This document shows, one piece after another, positions 1 to 11,120 of a DNA stretch of 62,173 nucleotides (positions are counted from its first letter, which is position 1; each line of letters starts with the position of its first letter). Made by a program: the position numbers and the translations under genes. Source of the DNA: Octopus bimaculoides (Eukaryota); the NCBI RefSeq assembly GCF_001194135.2, contig NC_068982.1, positions 28,937,922 through 29,000,094 of the forward strand, written 5' to 3'. The notes under the pieces are model-generated. The model ran no database searches, was not told where the DNA came from, and saw only the letters and a list, made by a program, of their open reading frames with translations.

Positions 1-191
1 GATTGACCGTTGACTGAACACTATTCAATTTTTTTTCTCCGTGTTTTTCTCCTTGTCTCCGTATTCTTTCTGTTGAAGAGCGTAGCTCGAAACGTCAAAG
101 ACTTTCCGTATTCCCGAGCGTCATACTAATATATACTTTTGTTATTTACACCACCTGTCCTCGTCTGTTGTTATTTTTTGTATATTCTCCC
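1..191 (+). mobile_element. Penelope-like element terminal (pLTR-like) fragment containing a hammerhead-like motif
   Basis: Contains TTGAAGAGCGTAGCTCGAAACGTC. Bases 1-83 recur inverted at 10104-10186 (82/83 identical), so it is an interspersed repeat. It abuts a (TA)n tract. The PLE assignment rests on the hammerhead-type motif (inference). Confidence 0.6.
65..101 (+). ncRNA. Minimal type-I hammerhead-ribozyme-like fold, variant core CUGUUGA
   Basis: Stem I TCTTT(65-69)/AAAGA(97-101); core CTGTTGA(70-76)+A; stem II GAGC-gta-GCTC; GAAA(89-92); palindromic ACGT; GUC triplet ending at 96. Confidence 0.5.
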
Positions 192-224
<33 letters not shown>

Positions 225-254
225 TATGCACATATGTCTATGTGCGTGTGAATG

Positions 255-430
255 CAGGCGCATGGCTCAGTGGTTAGGAATGTTCGCCACGTAGTCATAA
301 GTTCATGGTTCAATTCCAGAGCTAAGCAACTGGTTATCCCCTTGAAAAAGAAGCTTCATCACATTCTGCTCCAGTCAACTCAGTCGGAAACGAGTACCAG
401 TCTGTTGCTGATACAGCCGTATCGCCTTCC
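255..430 (+). mobile_element. tRNA-derived SINE, family D, degenerate
   Basis: A-box TGGCTCAGTGG and B-box GGTTCAATTCC, followed by cacattctgctccagtcaactcag, which also occurs inverted at ~600-620 and ~4700-4740. Confidence 0.6.
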
Positions 431-519
431 AGCTATCACATCCTCGATGTTCTGCTGGTTGAAGCGTCGAAGATTATCTGTCTATCTGTCAGGGTGGTCT
501 CCCCTAGTCATAGGCTCAT

Positions 520-705
520 AAGGCCGATTTACTGGATATCGTGGCGCATATATGGACGCGACGTCGGTCCGTCACAGAATTACTTATTTTTGTCAGGTGA
601 GTGGACCGGAGCAATGCGAAAGGAAGTGTTTCGGCTCAAGAACAGAGCGTATCACCCTGCCCAGGAATCGAAACCACAATCTTAAAATCATGGGTGCAAC
701 ATCTT
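520..705 (-). mobile_element. tRNA-derived SINE, family D, degenerate
   Basis: gagtggaccggagcaatgcgaaaggaagtgtttcggctcaagaacag...ggaatcgaaacc is the reverse complement of the family D body and B-box. Confidence 0.55.
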
Positions 706-743
706 AAAAACTATCCCACACGCCTCCACAAACAATTTCACAT

Positions 744-779
<36 letters not shown>

Positions 780-1949
780 GTACGCACGTGCACACACACA
801 CACACACACACATACACACACACANNNNNNNNNNNNNNNNNNNNNNNNNNNNNNNNNNNNNNNNNNNNNNNNNNNNNNNNNNNNNNNNNNNNNNNNNNNN
901 NNNNNNNNNNNNNNNNNNNNNNNNNNNNNNNNNNNNNNNNNNNNNNNNNNNNNNNNNNNNNNNNNNNNNNNNNNNNNNNNNNNNNNNNNNNNNNNNNNNN
1001 NNNNNNNNNNNNNNNNNNNNNNNNNNNNNNNNNNNNNNNNNNNNNNNNNNNNNNNNNNNNNNNNNNNNNNNNNNNNNNNNNNNNNNNNNNNNNNNNNNNN
1101 NNNNNNNNNNNNNNNNNNNNNNNNNNNNNNNNNNNNNNNNNNNNNNNNNNNNNNNNNNNNNNNNNNNNNNNNNNNNNNNNNNNNNNNNNNNNNNNNNNNN
1201 NNNNNNNNNNNNNNNNNNNNNNNNNNNNNNNNNNNNNNNNNNNNNNNNNNNNNNNNNNNNNNNNNNNNNNNNNNNNNNNNNNNNNNNNNNNNNNNNNNNN
1301 NNNNNNNNNNNNNNNNNNNNNNNNNNNNNNNNNNNNNNNNNNNNNNNNNNNNNNNNNNNNNNNNNNNNNNNNNNNNNNNNNNNNNNNNNNNNNNNNNNNN
1401 NNNNNNNNNNNNNNNNNNNNNNNNNNNNNNNNNNTATATATATATATATATATATACCTGTGAATATGTGCGTATGAGTATCTCTGCTATTTTGTGGTTT
1501 ATACATTTAAATATAAATTTAAATTCCATCCATACATTCCTTGCCTAAAGTAACATTACAGTAAACAAACCAGGTGAAAATATATTCATATCAATCTGTT
1601 TCATATGTTTCCTTATGTCTATATAAACACATGTGTGCCTTCGTATTTATTTATCAGTGTTTCTGTATTAGACTGCAACCGGAAACCACCTGCGGAATAC
1701 CTTCAGGTTATCATCCGGTATGTGAATCGAGTGAAGGCCTTCAGTTTTATTTCACTTTTCATTGTAGAGTAATTAAGTGGACAGAACAAACAGGCGTATT
1801 TCATCTGACTGCTGAAATGGATATAAGTATGTGGGGGCGGGGGAAGGAGGGCAAGGTGTATGTGTGGGTTTGTGTCTGTATATGAGTGTGTTTGCTGTTG
1901 CGTATATGTGGAATAATCAGAGATCGAAAGTACGTATGATTTCCTGCGT

Positions 1950-2344
1950 GGGATCTGTTCAGTCTGGCTCACAGATTTTTTAGTTAGTTTTTTTTTTTAA
2001 CTAAACAGTTTGATACTCCGTATACTGGTGTAATTTCTCACGCAGAACACGGTTTACTTTGAACATTTTTGACAAAATTTCGTATTTTACAAGTTATTTC
2101 GTGTTAAGGTTGTCGTATTGGGGTAATTTTAACCAATCAATGACGTGTATTCATTTGAAGAAAGCTACTACTGCTTGCGATAGTAATTACCCAAATACAA
2201 CAACTTTAACAATAAAATAACTTCTAAAATACGAAATTTTGTCAAAAATGTTCAAAGTAAACCATGTTCTGCGTGTGAAATTACATCAGTATACGAAGTT
2301 TCAAATTTAATTAAAATATCTGTGAGCCAAACTGAACAGATCCC
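1950..2344. mobile_element. Palindromic foldback/MITE-like element (~395 bp)
   Basis: Termini GGGATCTGTTCAGT...ACTGAACAGATCCC. Arms of ~160-180 nt include a perfect 39-bp inverted match (ggtttactttgaacatttttgacaaaatttcgtatttta). Spacer ~55 nt. Confidence 0.8.
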
Positions 2345-2407
2345 GTGAGTGTGTATGCACGTATAACTATAGATACATGCACGCACGCACACGCATGTAG
2401 ATAGATA

Positions 2408-2765
2408 TTGGCACAGACGTGCCTGTGTGGTAAGAAGCTCACTTTCCAAGAACATGATTCCGGGTTCGATCCCACTGCCTGGCACCTTGGAGAGGTGTCT
2501 TCTATTATAGCCCCGTGCCGACCGAAGCTTTATTAATGGACTTGGTAGATGGGAAATGAAAGAAGCCTGAAGAAATGGTGAAATGTACGTGTGCGTATAT
2601 TTATGTTTGTCCCTCACTACCGGTTTTGGTTTGTTTACGTCCGGGTGATCGAGAGAATAGGTAACAGGCTTTAAAAACAAGTACTGGCATAAATTTGTTC
2701 AACTAAACCCTTCAAGTTGGTACCCCAGCATGGCCACAGTGCACTGGCTGAAACAAATAAAAGCT
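2408..2765 (+). mobile_element. SINE family A (tRNA-like head, internal microsatellite, GGCGGTGCTCCAGCATGGCC-type tail)
   Basis: Head tgtgtggtaagaag...ccgggttcgatcccac, body ggtagatgggaaatgaaagaagcc, tail ccagcatggccacagt...ctgaaacaaataaaag. Confidence 0.8.
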
Positions 2766-2792
2766 AGAACACACACACACACACAAACACAC

Positions 2793-2842
<50 letters not shown>

Positions 2843-2846
<4 letters not shown>

Positions 2847-3000
2847 GACGGGTCTTTTTCAGTTTCCGTCTACCAAATCCACTCACGTGGCTTTGGTCGG
2901 CCCGAGGCTATAGTAGAAGATAGTTGCCTAAAGTGCCACGTAGTGGAACTGAACTCGGAACTATGTGGTTGGGAAGCAAGCTTCTTACCACACAGCCACT
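2843..3000 (-). mobile_element. SINE family A, 5' half
   Basis: tttcagtttccgtctaccaaatccactcac...ggcccgaggctatagtagaaga...cttaccacacagccac is the reverse complement of the family A head. Confidence 0.85.
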
Positions 3001-3775
3001 ACACACACAGGCATGTATACACACACATACACAATTGCCATTGGTTTGACAAATGAACACATTTACAGGCATACACATATTCACATACGGTTTTAGTCGA
3101 TCAGTCACATAACAAGCCCCACTGTTTTAATTGATTCGTTATAGAGTATATAGTCTAACAAACAAGGATGATTGATTTTTCGGTCTTGATATAAAGCAAA
3201 CAAAGAAAAGAAATGGAAAAAAAAAATACAAACCAGAATTATTGAACAAAATTACAGTGATTAGTAACCACGCTTAGAAACTAGAAATTTTAAATGATGC
3301 TTAAGAGGCGAAAACAGGCACCAAAGTTTGCTACATACACGAAACTTTATTAAAAGAAATAAGAATAAAAGAGAGCGTGTGTCTGTGTGAGACAGATAGA
3401 GGGAGAGAAGGAGAAAGAGAGGCAACCAGACGAAGTGTGAGGGAAATACGAGAGTGATAGAAAGTTGAAAAGTTCAGTACTGCTCGTTGCAGAGGAATTC
3501 CGTGAGGCAGGGATAGAGTTAAATACACACTTCTGTTTTCTCAAGCAGAAATTACTAAATCAAACGAGAGACTTTTCTTTGACGTATCTTCCTTACATGT
3601 CTCAGTGAATACATAATGATTGTGAAGATGTATAGATTTTCCCATTCCATCCGATGCTCTCAGATACATACATACATAAACGTACATACATAATCTTCTC
3701 CCTCGCGCTTCTAACAACGCAAATACACTGATTATAACCTGGTGAGTAAATTTATATCAACTTCAGTGACGACTT

Positions 3776-3814
3776 TATCTTCCTTCTCCTCGTTCAATCT
3801 TTCTTTCTTACTTC

Positions 3815-3845
<31 letters not shown>

Positions 3846-4003
3846 TTTTCTTTCTTTCTTTTCTTTTTCCTTTCTTTCTTTTCTTTTTCCTTTCTTTCTT
3901 TCTTTCTTTTCTCTTTCCTTTCTTTCTTTCTTTCTTTCTTTTTTCTTTCTTTCTTTTTCCTTTCTTTCTTTTCTTTTTCCTTTCTTTCTTTCTTTTCTCT
4001 TTC

Positions 4004-4034
<31 letters not shown>

Positions 4035-4290
4035 TTTCCCTTAGTATATATCTCTCTTTCTCTATGACTATCCCCCTCTCTCTCCCCTGTCTCTCTTCCT
4101 CTCTCTACCCCTCTCTCTTCCTACCTCTCCCGTCTCTGTCTCTGTCTCTGTCTGTCAGTCAAGGCCTGTGTGTCTGTCTCTGCCTGATTGTCTGCCTGTA
4201 TGTCTCCCTCACTCCCCACCTCTCTCTCTCCCTCTGCACCCCTCTCTCGCTTTCCCTGTGTCTCTTTCTCTCTCCCTCCCTCTCTGGGGT
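3776..4290. repeat. Long polypyrimidine tract: compound (TTTC)n/(TTTTTC)n, then (CT)n-rich
   Basis: Almost exclusively T/C over 3776-4040, then CT-rich to ~4290. Confidence 0.9.
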
Positions 4291-4499
4291 CACGCAACAG
4301 CTACGACAATACATATTGTTTAGCCCCAGGTCAGTTCTGATCGAGCCTCTCTATGATCAACGTTGTTCCAGCCGTCATCATCTCTTACATTCCTATACCT
4401 ATGTCAACATAGTTCAATGCATCTGTGGTGTTGATATGGCTGCGTGTATAATATTACAAGAGTTCATTTAGAGATGAAAAATAAATTCAACAACTATAT

Positions 4500-4838
4500 G
4501 CTGAGACCCCCTTCGGTCATGACTGACCATGGGATTGCACCTAGAAAGTTACCCTCCCAGGCACAAGTCCGGTCACAGTTGTTTATGAAAGACCAGCAGT
4601 CACCCATGCATGCCGCCCCTCCTCTCCACGCCACCAGTGTTATCCAAGGGAAAGGGCGAAGGCCGATACAGCTTGGCACCAGTGACGTCGCAACTTATTT
4701 CTACAGCTGAGTGAACTGGAGCAACATGAAATAAAGTGTCTTGCTCAAGAACACAACCCGTAGTCCAGTCCGGGATTCGAACTCACAATCTCACGATCGT
4801 AAGCTCGACGCTCTAATCACTGAGCTATGCACCTTCAC
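4500..4838 (-). mobile_element. tRNA-derived SINE, family D, near full length
   Basis: Minus-strand head (tgcatagctcagtgattagagcg... B-box gagttcgaatcc) and body cttgagcaagacactttatttcatgttgctccagttcactcagc. Confidence 0.75.
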
Positions 4839-6139
4839 AAGAACTATATATTTACTACATAAAAATATATTTTATTTACTGGTCGATGATGATACATAAT
4901 CAAAATGGAGAATCTAGTTCAATGAAGTAATCTATGCAAGAAAGTTCAGAAACGGAAAATGTAGAAATAACAGCTAAGTGGTGGTTTTCAGTCATGTGGC
5001 GTAGAGAAATAGACGGAAATAGCAATGACGGGAATGGCTCTAAGTCTAAACGACTAAGAAGTGAGGAGCAGAGTTAGCAAGCTGTTTTTATTAATGGAAC
5101 GCTAGACATTCTAGAAACTTCCAAGAGAAACGCTAAGCTTCTTGAATAATTAAGAATCACGTCTCATGACACAGATGCTCCGAGAAACTTAGTAAAGGGA
5201 GGTTACTCTTTATTCTTTCTTGCAAGGGAGATAATTAAACTACGTAGCTACCGCTACACACCCACTAGGCAGAGGTAACGGTATACAATAATGAAAATAA
5301 CAATAATGTATACATCATAAAATGTCAAAAACTGATAAAAACGGAATGGAATAAATGCAATATTTCAGGTCCAAAGTGAAAAATCAACGTTCAAACTTCT
5401 GTAGCGTATGCGTGTGCATGCAATATAGAGATAGAGAAAATTGTGCATCTCGGGGTCTAATAGAGTTAAACTCTGTCTTACAAGGGCGTGGTGAGCATGA
5501 GAAAGCAACCAAAAAGTATGGTATATTTGTATAACTGAGTGAATGCATGCAAGCATGTGTGCGAACGTTGAGACAATTTTTCAAGTATACAAAATATTCG
5601 TAAAAAATATATGTACGTGAATAGATGTCCTGAAAAAATTAAATTTAACCACTATGGTATAAGATAATCTGTTAAGGGAGGAAAAAACGTTAGCATGGAA
5701 GAATTAATATTTATTCTACACTAGATATTGAAAAATAGCCTTAAAGAAATCATGTCAAAACTGCAACAGATCTTTCTTGACAATGTAATGTGGATAAAGC
5801 TGCAGTGAATAGAGTTACATAGAGGTGAGTCAGATTCATACTGTTCCAGTGATGGCTTGGACCTGTAGTCTTCGAATCAGCTTTCTTCTTTCTGATTTTG
5901 AGAAGCCTAATTTCTCAAGATTGGTTCTTAGGCAGTATATGTATTTATGTATGTACAGTTTATTAGCTGTTATCAAATTTCTATAAAGCATGGCAATGAG
6001 GAAAACACGGAATTTCATATGGTCAAACATCAAATGACCGTATTCAGTTTGAGTGTATATGGTGTTAGCTATGGTCACAACTTCAGGTATGTTCTAGATT
6101 TATTGCCCCTTCTCAGCCAACTATCGCCAATGCAATGAT

Positions 6140-6500
6140 ACGAAACAACAACACGAAACAACTTGAGCCTTCGTCAAGTTACTCACCACTTCCCTCTTTT
6201 AAGAATAATTGTTTTCATTGCTGCTACAATTTCATTTGATAAACAAATGTGTTGTCTTCCCACGATAAATCAAATATAGTAAGATGCATTTATATCTCAA
6301 TTTATTTTGCAGAAGGAATTCTTCCATCCCCGGATTTCGTTCCAATGCCATTATTTTAAATTTCTCAATTTGATAATCACTTTTACACCAACTCGTTATG
6401 TGATCAAGTAGCTTCGTTTTTACTATGTTACTATGTTTCACTGAAAGGGCCTGATAAGACGGAAACTTGCCTAGAGTTGTCGCTTGATTTAACAAAGATT
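6140..6500 (-). mobile_element. Degenerate PLE GIY-YIG endonuclease C-terminal fragment
   Basis: Minus ORF 6232-6495 contains LLDHITSWCKSDYQIEKFKIMALERNPGMEEFLLQNKLRY, resembling the PLE GIY-YIG end (DHL...NFKIL.KE.N...E.L.I). By-eye similarity only. Confidence 0.45.
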
Positions 6501-6564
6501 AGGTTCACTCACAATATCCGTATATACACAAACGCACGCGCACTTTTATATTTATGTATGCGTG

Positions 6565-6624
<60 letters not shown>

Positions 6625-6640
6625 GCTAGCTAGCTAGCTA
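6565..6640. repeat. (TATC)n grading into (TAGC)n microsatellite
   Basis: Direct reading of the sequence. Confidence 0.95.
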
Positions 6641-6895
6641 TATACACACTCACATATGTTGTATATATATGTATATAAGCACTCATATGCATTGTGGAAG
6701 AAAGTATGTTTAAGGGGTATTAAGTATTGCTGTAAAATATATTCGGGTAAAATGTATATATTACAACAAAAATATTCTGTATTATTTTACAGCAAGGCTA
6801 AATATGTTTTACACATTATTCAAACTTTCAGATAGTAAACTATTTCGTAATTATACTGCAGGACGCTCTATATACGTATGTGTATGAAAAATACA

Positions 6896-6956
<61 letters not shown>

Positions 6957-7157
6957 GGATTCTTCATATAGCCACTCTTTACTCCGCGGAATTGGTCCCT
7001 CATAAAAACATTGGAGTCTAAGCTCGAATCATTTGAGCGCTACAAAGAACCGAGAATCTCTGGATTTCATCTGTTGACTATATTTTATATACATGTGTAT
7101 ATACATATATGTGTACATACATACATACGTATATATATGTATAAATACCTACCTACC

Positions 7158-7189
<32 letters not shown>

Positions 7190-8384
7190 TATATATATAT
7201 ATGTATAAATTCACACGCACGCGAGCGCACACACGTGCGCGTACATACACGCGCACAGACACACAAACACACATACACGCACATTCACACACACATACAT
7301 AGACTAGCACATTCATGTTTGGTAATCCTTATACACACACACACACACATATGAACAGTCCAGAATACCTCTGCTGCTTAAGGTAATCTTTAATTACTTC
7401 CCTTCTGCCACAAACTCACCTTGTCAAACACCTTGTATTTACGAGACAGGTTGTGGTTGTCGCCCTGTAACCATATAGCTGATTCTCTTCACAGCTACAG
7501 ACACTCATATACAAACGTACAAACGTAAAAGGCGCAGTCATAGAAAAACATGTGTACACAACTATGCCTATAGAGGGACATCTGTGCTATGAAGTGCAAA
7601 ATCATATCATTTTTAACTTATATATAGCGAAGTAAAGTGGGCTGAAGGCATAGATGCTACAGTATAGAATGCAGTACACAAAATACACAAAAATATAGAA
7701 AAATATAACATTTACCTCTTCGTTGGAGAATTTTTTTTAAAAAAAGTGACAGTTTGTAGCAACTTTGACACAAACGGGAGATAATTTCAATGATTTTTTT
7801 TTTTTGTTTTTGTTTTGATAATTGAGACATAACGCCAAATATTTGGATAAAACTGTCAATCGATTACATTGATACATCAACCTTAGTTGGGTGGAATTAT
7901 ATTTTATCAGATTGAAGGCCAAAGTTGACTTCAGAAGACAGAAAATTGAATTTTCATTCTTAGATGATAATAACTGGATCTTCTTTTGCAATACACAATA
8001 TTAGAATTTTCGACAAAGCATGAAAATCTAATTTCTTCTGAAATTAATTCTTCATTTCCTGAATAATTTTCGATTCAGTTGAGTGGGGAGTCTCTAACAA
8101 TTTTTTGAAGGCGTTTTCTCTAATTAAAAGGAAAATTTCAGTCCATAAACCATTTTCCTCCGTGCGTTACTCAGTACATCATCTACTTCAATTTTCTAAA
8201 CTTCTGACACTAACTCACTTGTGTTTATTTTACTTTTCTCACTTTTGTACATATGCAATTAATACTGCCTTCATACTTTTTTTTTAATATATATATAAAA
8301 TCACTACCCGGTGATCAAAGCAAGCTTGACTTGTCTCAGTTATTGTAGGCACATGGTAGCAGTTCTAAGAGGAGAGGGTTAGTC

Positions 8385-8540
8385 AATAACTTCGATCAAA
8401 TTGCAAGACCGGTACTTTCTTTTATCGACTCCGAAGATATGACAGTAAAGTTACCCTCAGCAGGATTTGAACTAAGATTGTTAAAGAACTGGAAGAAGTG
8501 CCTCAAGACATTGTCTTACGATCTAAATATTCTGCCATTT
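8385..8540 (-). mobile_element. SINE family B, old degenerate copy
   Basis: ggtactttctttatcgactccgaagat...aggatttgaact...attctgcca matches the reverse complement of the family B core. Confidence 0.55.
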
Positions 8541-8714
8541 GTTCTTATAATGATTTCATTTATTTACCACTGGAACTTTCGATGAGAGATACAGTAAAAT
8601 GGCAATTTACATTTTGTATGGCGGCTTGGTGAATAGAATAAAAAAGGTAGCTGGAGGGGGAAGATATGAAATAAAAATTATACAGAACAGGCAAAATGTG
8701 GGAACACATATAAG

Positions 8715-8875
8715 CGTAGGCGTAGCTATGTAGGAAGAAGTTTGCATCTCAACCACAGGATGTTGAATTCAGTCCGACTGAGTGACATCTTGGACAAATG
8801 CCTACTATTATAGCTCCGGGTCAACCAAACTCCCGTAAGTGTATTGGGTTGACGGAAACAGAAAGAAACACGTAG

Positions 8876-8906
<31 letters not shown>

Positions 8907-9215
8907 CTACGTTTGTGTGTGTGTGTATATATGTGTGTATGTATGTATGTGCGCGCGCGCGCGTGTTTGGGTGGATGTTTGGCTGGGTGGGTGCATGTAT
9001 ATATATATTTGTTAATGTTTGCATCTGTTTCCCACCGTCGCTTAACAGCTAGCGTTGATTTGTTTACGTCTCCGTATCTTAGCGGTTCGACATACGAGAC
9101 CGTTAGAATAAGTACGACTCATTAAAAGATTAGTACAGGTTTGTTCGACTTAAAACCCCTTCAGGTGAGGAGGGGGCAGCATGACCGCAGTCTAATGATT
9201 AAAACGAGTAAAAGA
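8715..9215 (+). mobile_element. SINE family A with internal (GT)/(TA) microsatellite
   Basis: Head gcgtagctatgtaggaagaag, body gacggaaacagaaagaaac, 3' part gtttacgtctccgtatcttagcggttcg...gcagcatgaccgcagtc. Confidence 0.75.
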
Positions 9216-9499
9216 CATTAACGACGAGGTGCTCCTTATACAGGAAAGCCTTCAACTGTAACCCCATAAATCCAGAATCATCCTGACCATTAAGGACACT
9301 ACACTATTGTTCTTCAATCTACAGCAGTTCCATTCATGCTGACCGTTTTGGACATGATCTTTCACTTTTCGTCATAACTAGTTCGTTGATGTCACCATAC
9401 CTGCTTAGAAAGATCAAATTTTATTTTTCAGCATAAAAATTAAATTTCGGTGAACTTAATTAAAAATTATTTCCCTTTCTTTCTGAAAGTCGTTGTCTA

Positions 9500-9645
9500 T
9501 TACCAACCACATGATTCCGGGTTCAGTCCCTCTGCGTGGCACTTTGGGCAAGTGTCTTCTACTATAGCCTCGGGCCGACCAAAGCCTTGTGAGTGGATTT
9601 GGTAGACGGAAACTGAAAGAAACCTCGTCGTATATATGTATGTGT
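9500..9645 (+). mobile_element. SINE family A, 5' body fragment
   Basis: ccaaccacatgattccgggttcagtccc...cttgggcaagtgtcttctactatagcctcgggccgaccaaagccttgtgagtggatttggtagacggaaactg. Confidence 0.85.
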
Positions 9646-9924
9646 ATGGCTTGGACATCCTTCAAGTAAACAAGCAAAAATCTATTGCAAGATGGAATAT
9701 ATATACCTCTGCCACCTAAGCTATATCAACTTTCGTTCCAACATAAATTTCCGGATTATTCAGACAAAGATTAATCTGCACGAATTTCTACACGGATATT
9801 TACCACTGGAATGAAACTAAGCTTCAAGTACTGTTCTCTCTTTTTTCAGCACATCACACTCTTTACCACTTCATACTAAAAATATCCGCCTATGGATATA
9901 ATAATAGATAACTTTATTTTTTCT

Positions 9925-9973
9925 GTCTCCGATGAAGGGAAGTACTGGATCTTCCCAGAAACAGCTGTAAGAC
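9925..9973 (+). ncRNA. Minimal type-I hammerhead-ribozyme-like fold, variant core CCGAUGA (PLE terminus)
   Basis: Stem I GTCT/AGAC; core CCGATGA+A; stem II GGGAAG-tactggat-CTTCCC; A+GAAA; palindromic ACAGCTGT; GUA triplet ending at 9969. Confidence 0.55.
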
Positions 9974-10103
9974 TCTATCCATAAAATTCTNNNNNNNNNN
10001 NNNNNNNNNNNNNNNNNNNNNNNNNNNNNNNNNNNNNNNNNNNNNNNNNNNNNNNNNNNNNNNNNNNNNNNNNNNNNNNNNNNNNNNNNNNNNNNNNNNN
10101 NNN

Positions 10104-10186
10104 ACGCTCTTCAACAGAAAGAATACGGAGACAAGGAGAAAAACACGGAGAAAAAAAATTGAAAAGTGTTCAGTCAACGGTCAATC
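10104..10186 (-). mobile_element. Inverted copy of the PLE terminal fragment at 1-83, truncated by the N gap
   Basis: Its reverse complement equals bases 1-83 with one substitution. Confidence 0.85.
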
Positions 10187-10199
<13 letters not shown>

Positions 10200-10225
<26 letters not shown>

Positions 10226-10465
10226 AGTGTGTGTGTGTGTGTGTGTTTGTGTGTTTGTGTGCCAGTGTTTGTCCCCCCAACATCGCTTGACAACCGATGC
10301 TTGTGTGTTTACGTCCCCGTAACTTAGCGGTTCGGTAAAAGAGACCGATAGGATAAGTAGTAGGCTTACAAAGAATAAGTCCTGGGGTCGATTTGCTCGA
10401 CTAAATGTGGTGCTCCAGCATGGCCGCAGGCAAAATGACTGAAACAAGTAAAAGAGTAAAAGAGG
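10200..10465 (+). mobile_element. SINE family A, 3' half
   Basis: gtttgtccccccaacatcgcttgacaaccgatg...cttacaaagaataagtcctggggtcgatttgctcgactaa...ccagcatggccgcag...ctgaaacaagtaaaagag. Confidence 0.9.
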
Positions 10466-10704
10466 GTGTCCATATATTACCTTTACAATTTGAAAAGAAA
10501 AATCAGAAAACATGTAAAATAAGAATAACCCGACAGTTATATTAGAAATATAGAGCTTTATTAGAAATATCAGAACCCGTCTACGCGGGATCCATTGGAT
10601 GCAAGCTATACATGTAGGCGATACAATGCAATAAATTACGGAAGTTGTAAAGGTAATTTTATGAATATCCTATATATAAGATTTATTTCTTTCGTTAACT
10701 AAGC

Positions 10705-11105
10705 GGAGGCATGTACGGTTATGAAGTTTGCTTCGCAGGCACGGGGATTCGGGTTCAGTCTCACAGCGTGACATCTTTTACACACACACACACGCACACC
10801 CATACACGCGCGCGAAAGTGCCTACATACATACATATGCGTGTGTGAGAGAAGGAGAAAGAGAGAGGGGAGAAACCGAGAGCGTCTTAGATTTGTGTTTC
10901 TTCCCCACCCACCATCCGACAAGCGTTTGACAACGAGTATCAGTTTATTTGCGACAACGTAACTTGGCCCTTCGACAAAGAACATCGAAGGAATGAACAC
11001 CTAATTCAACACGAATAACAAAAAGCACTAAGGTCGATTTGCACCATTAAACACTTCAAGGCGCTACTCATGCGTGACCGCAGTCTTAGGACTGAAGCAA
11101 GTACA
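10705..11105 (+). mobile_element. SINE family A, old diverged copy (host of the nested insertions)
   Basis: Head ggcatgtacggttatgaagtttgc...ggattcgggttcagtc and tail aggtcgatttgc...gaccgcagtcttaggactgaagcaagta. Confidence 0.6.
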
Positions 11106-11120
11106 ACAGTAAAAATATGT

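Noticed and set aside
1670-1830. Two short exon-like pieces with gtatgt donors
   Set aside because: No recognisable peptide or phase chain.
5959-6086. AG...CAG|gtatgt exon-like segment (MVKHQMTVFSLSVYGVSYGHNF)
   Set aside because: Phase 2 end with no compatible downstream exon, only weakly signal-like, and 24 kb from exon A.
7760-8300. Possible hAT transposase C-terminal relic on the minus strand
   Set aside because: The similarity is too faint by eye and no TIRs were found.
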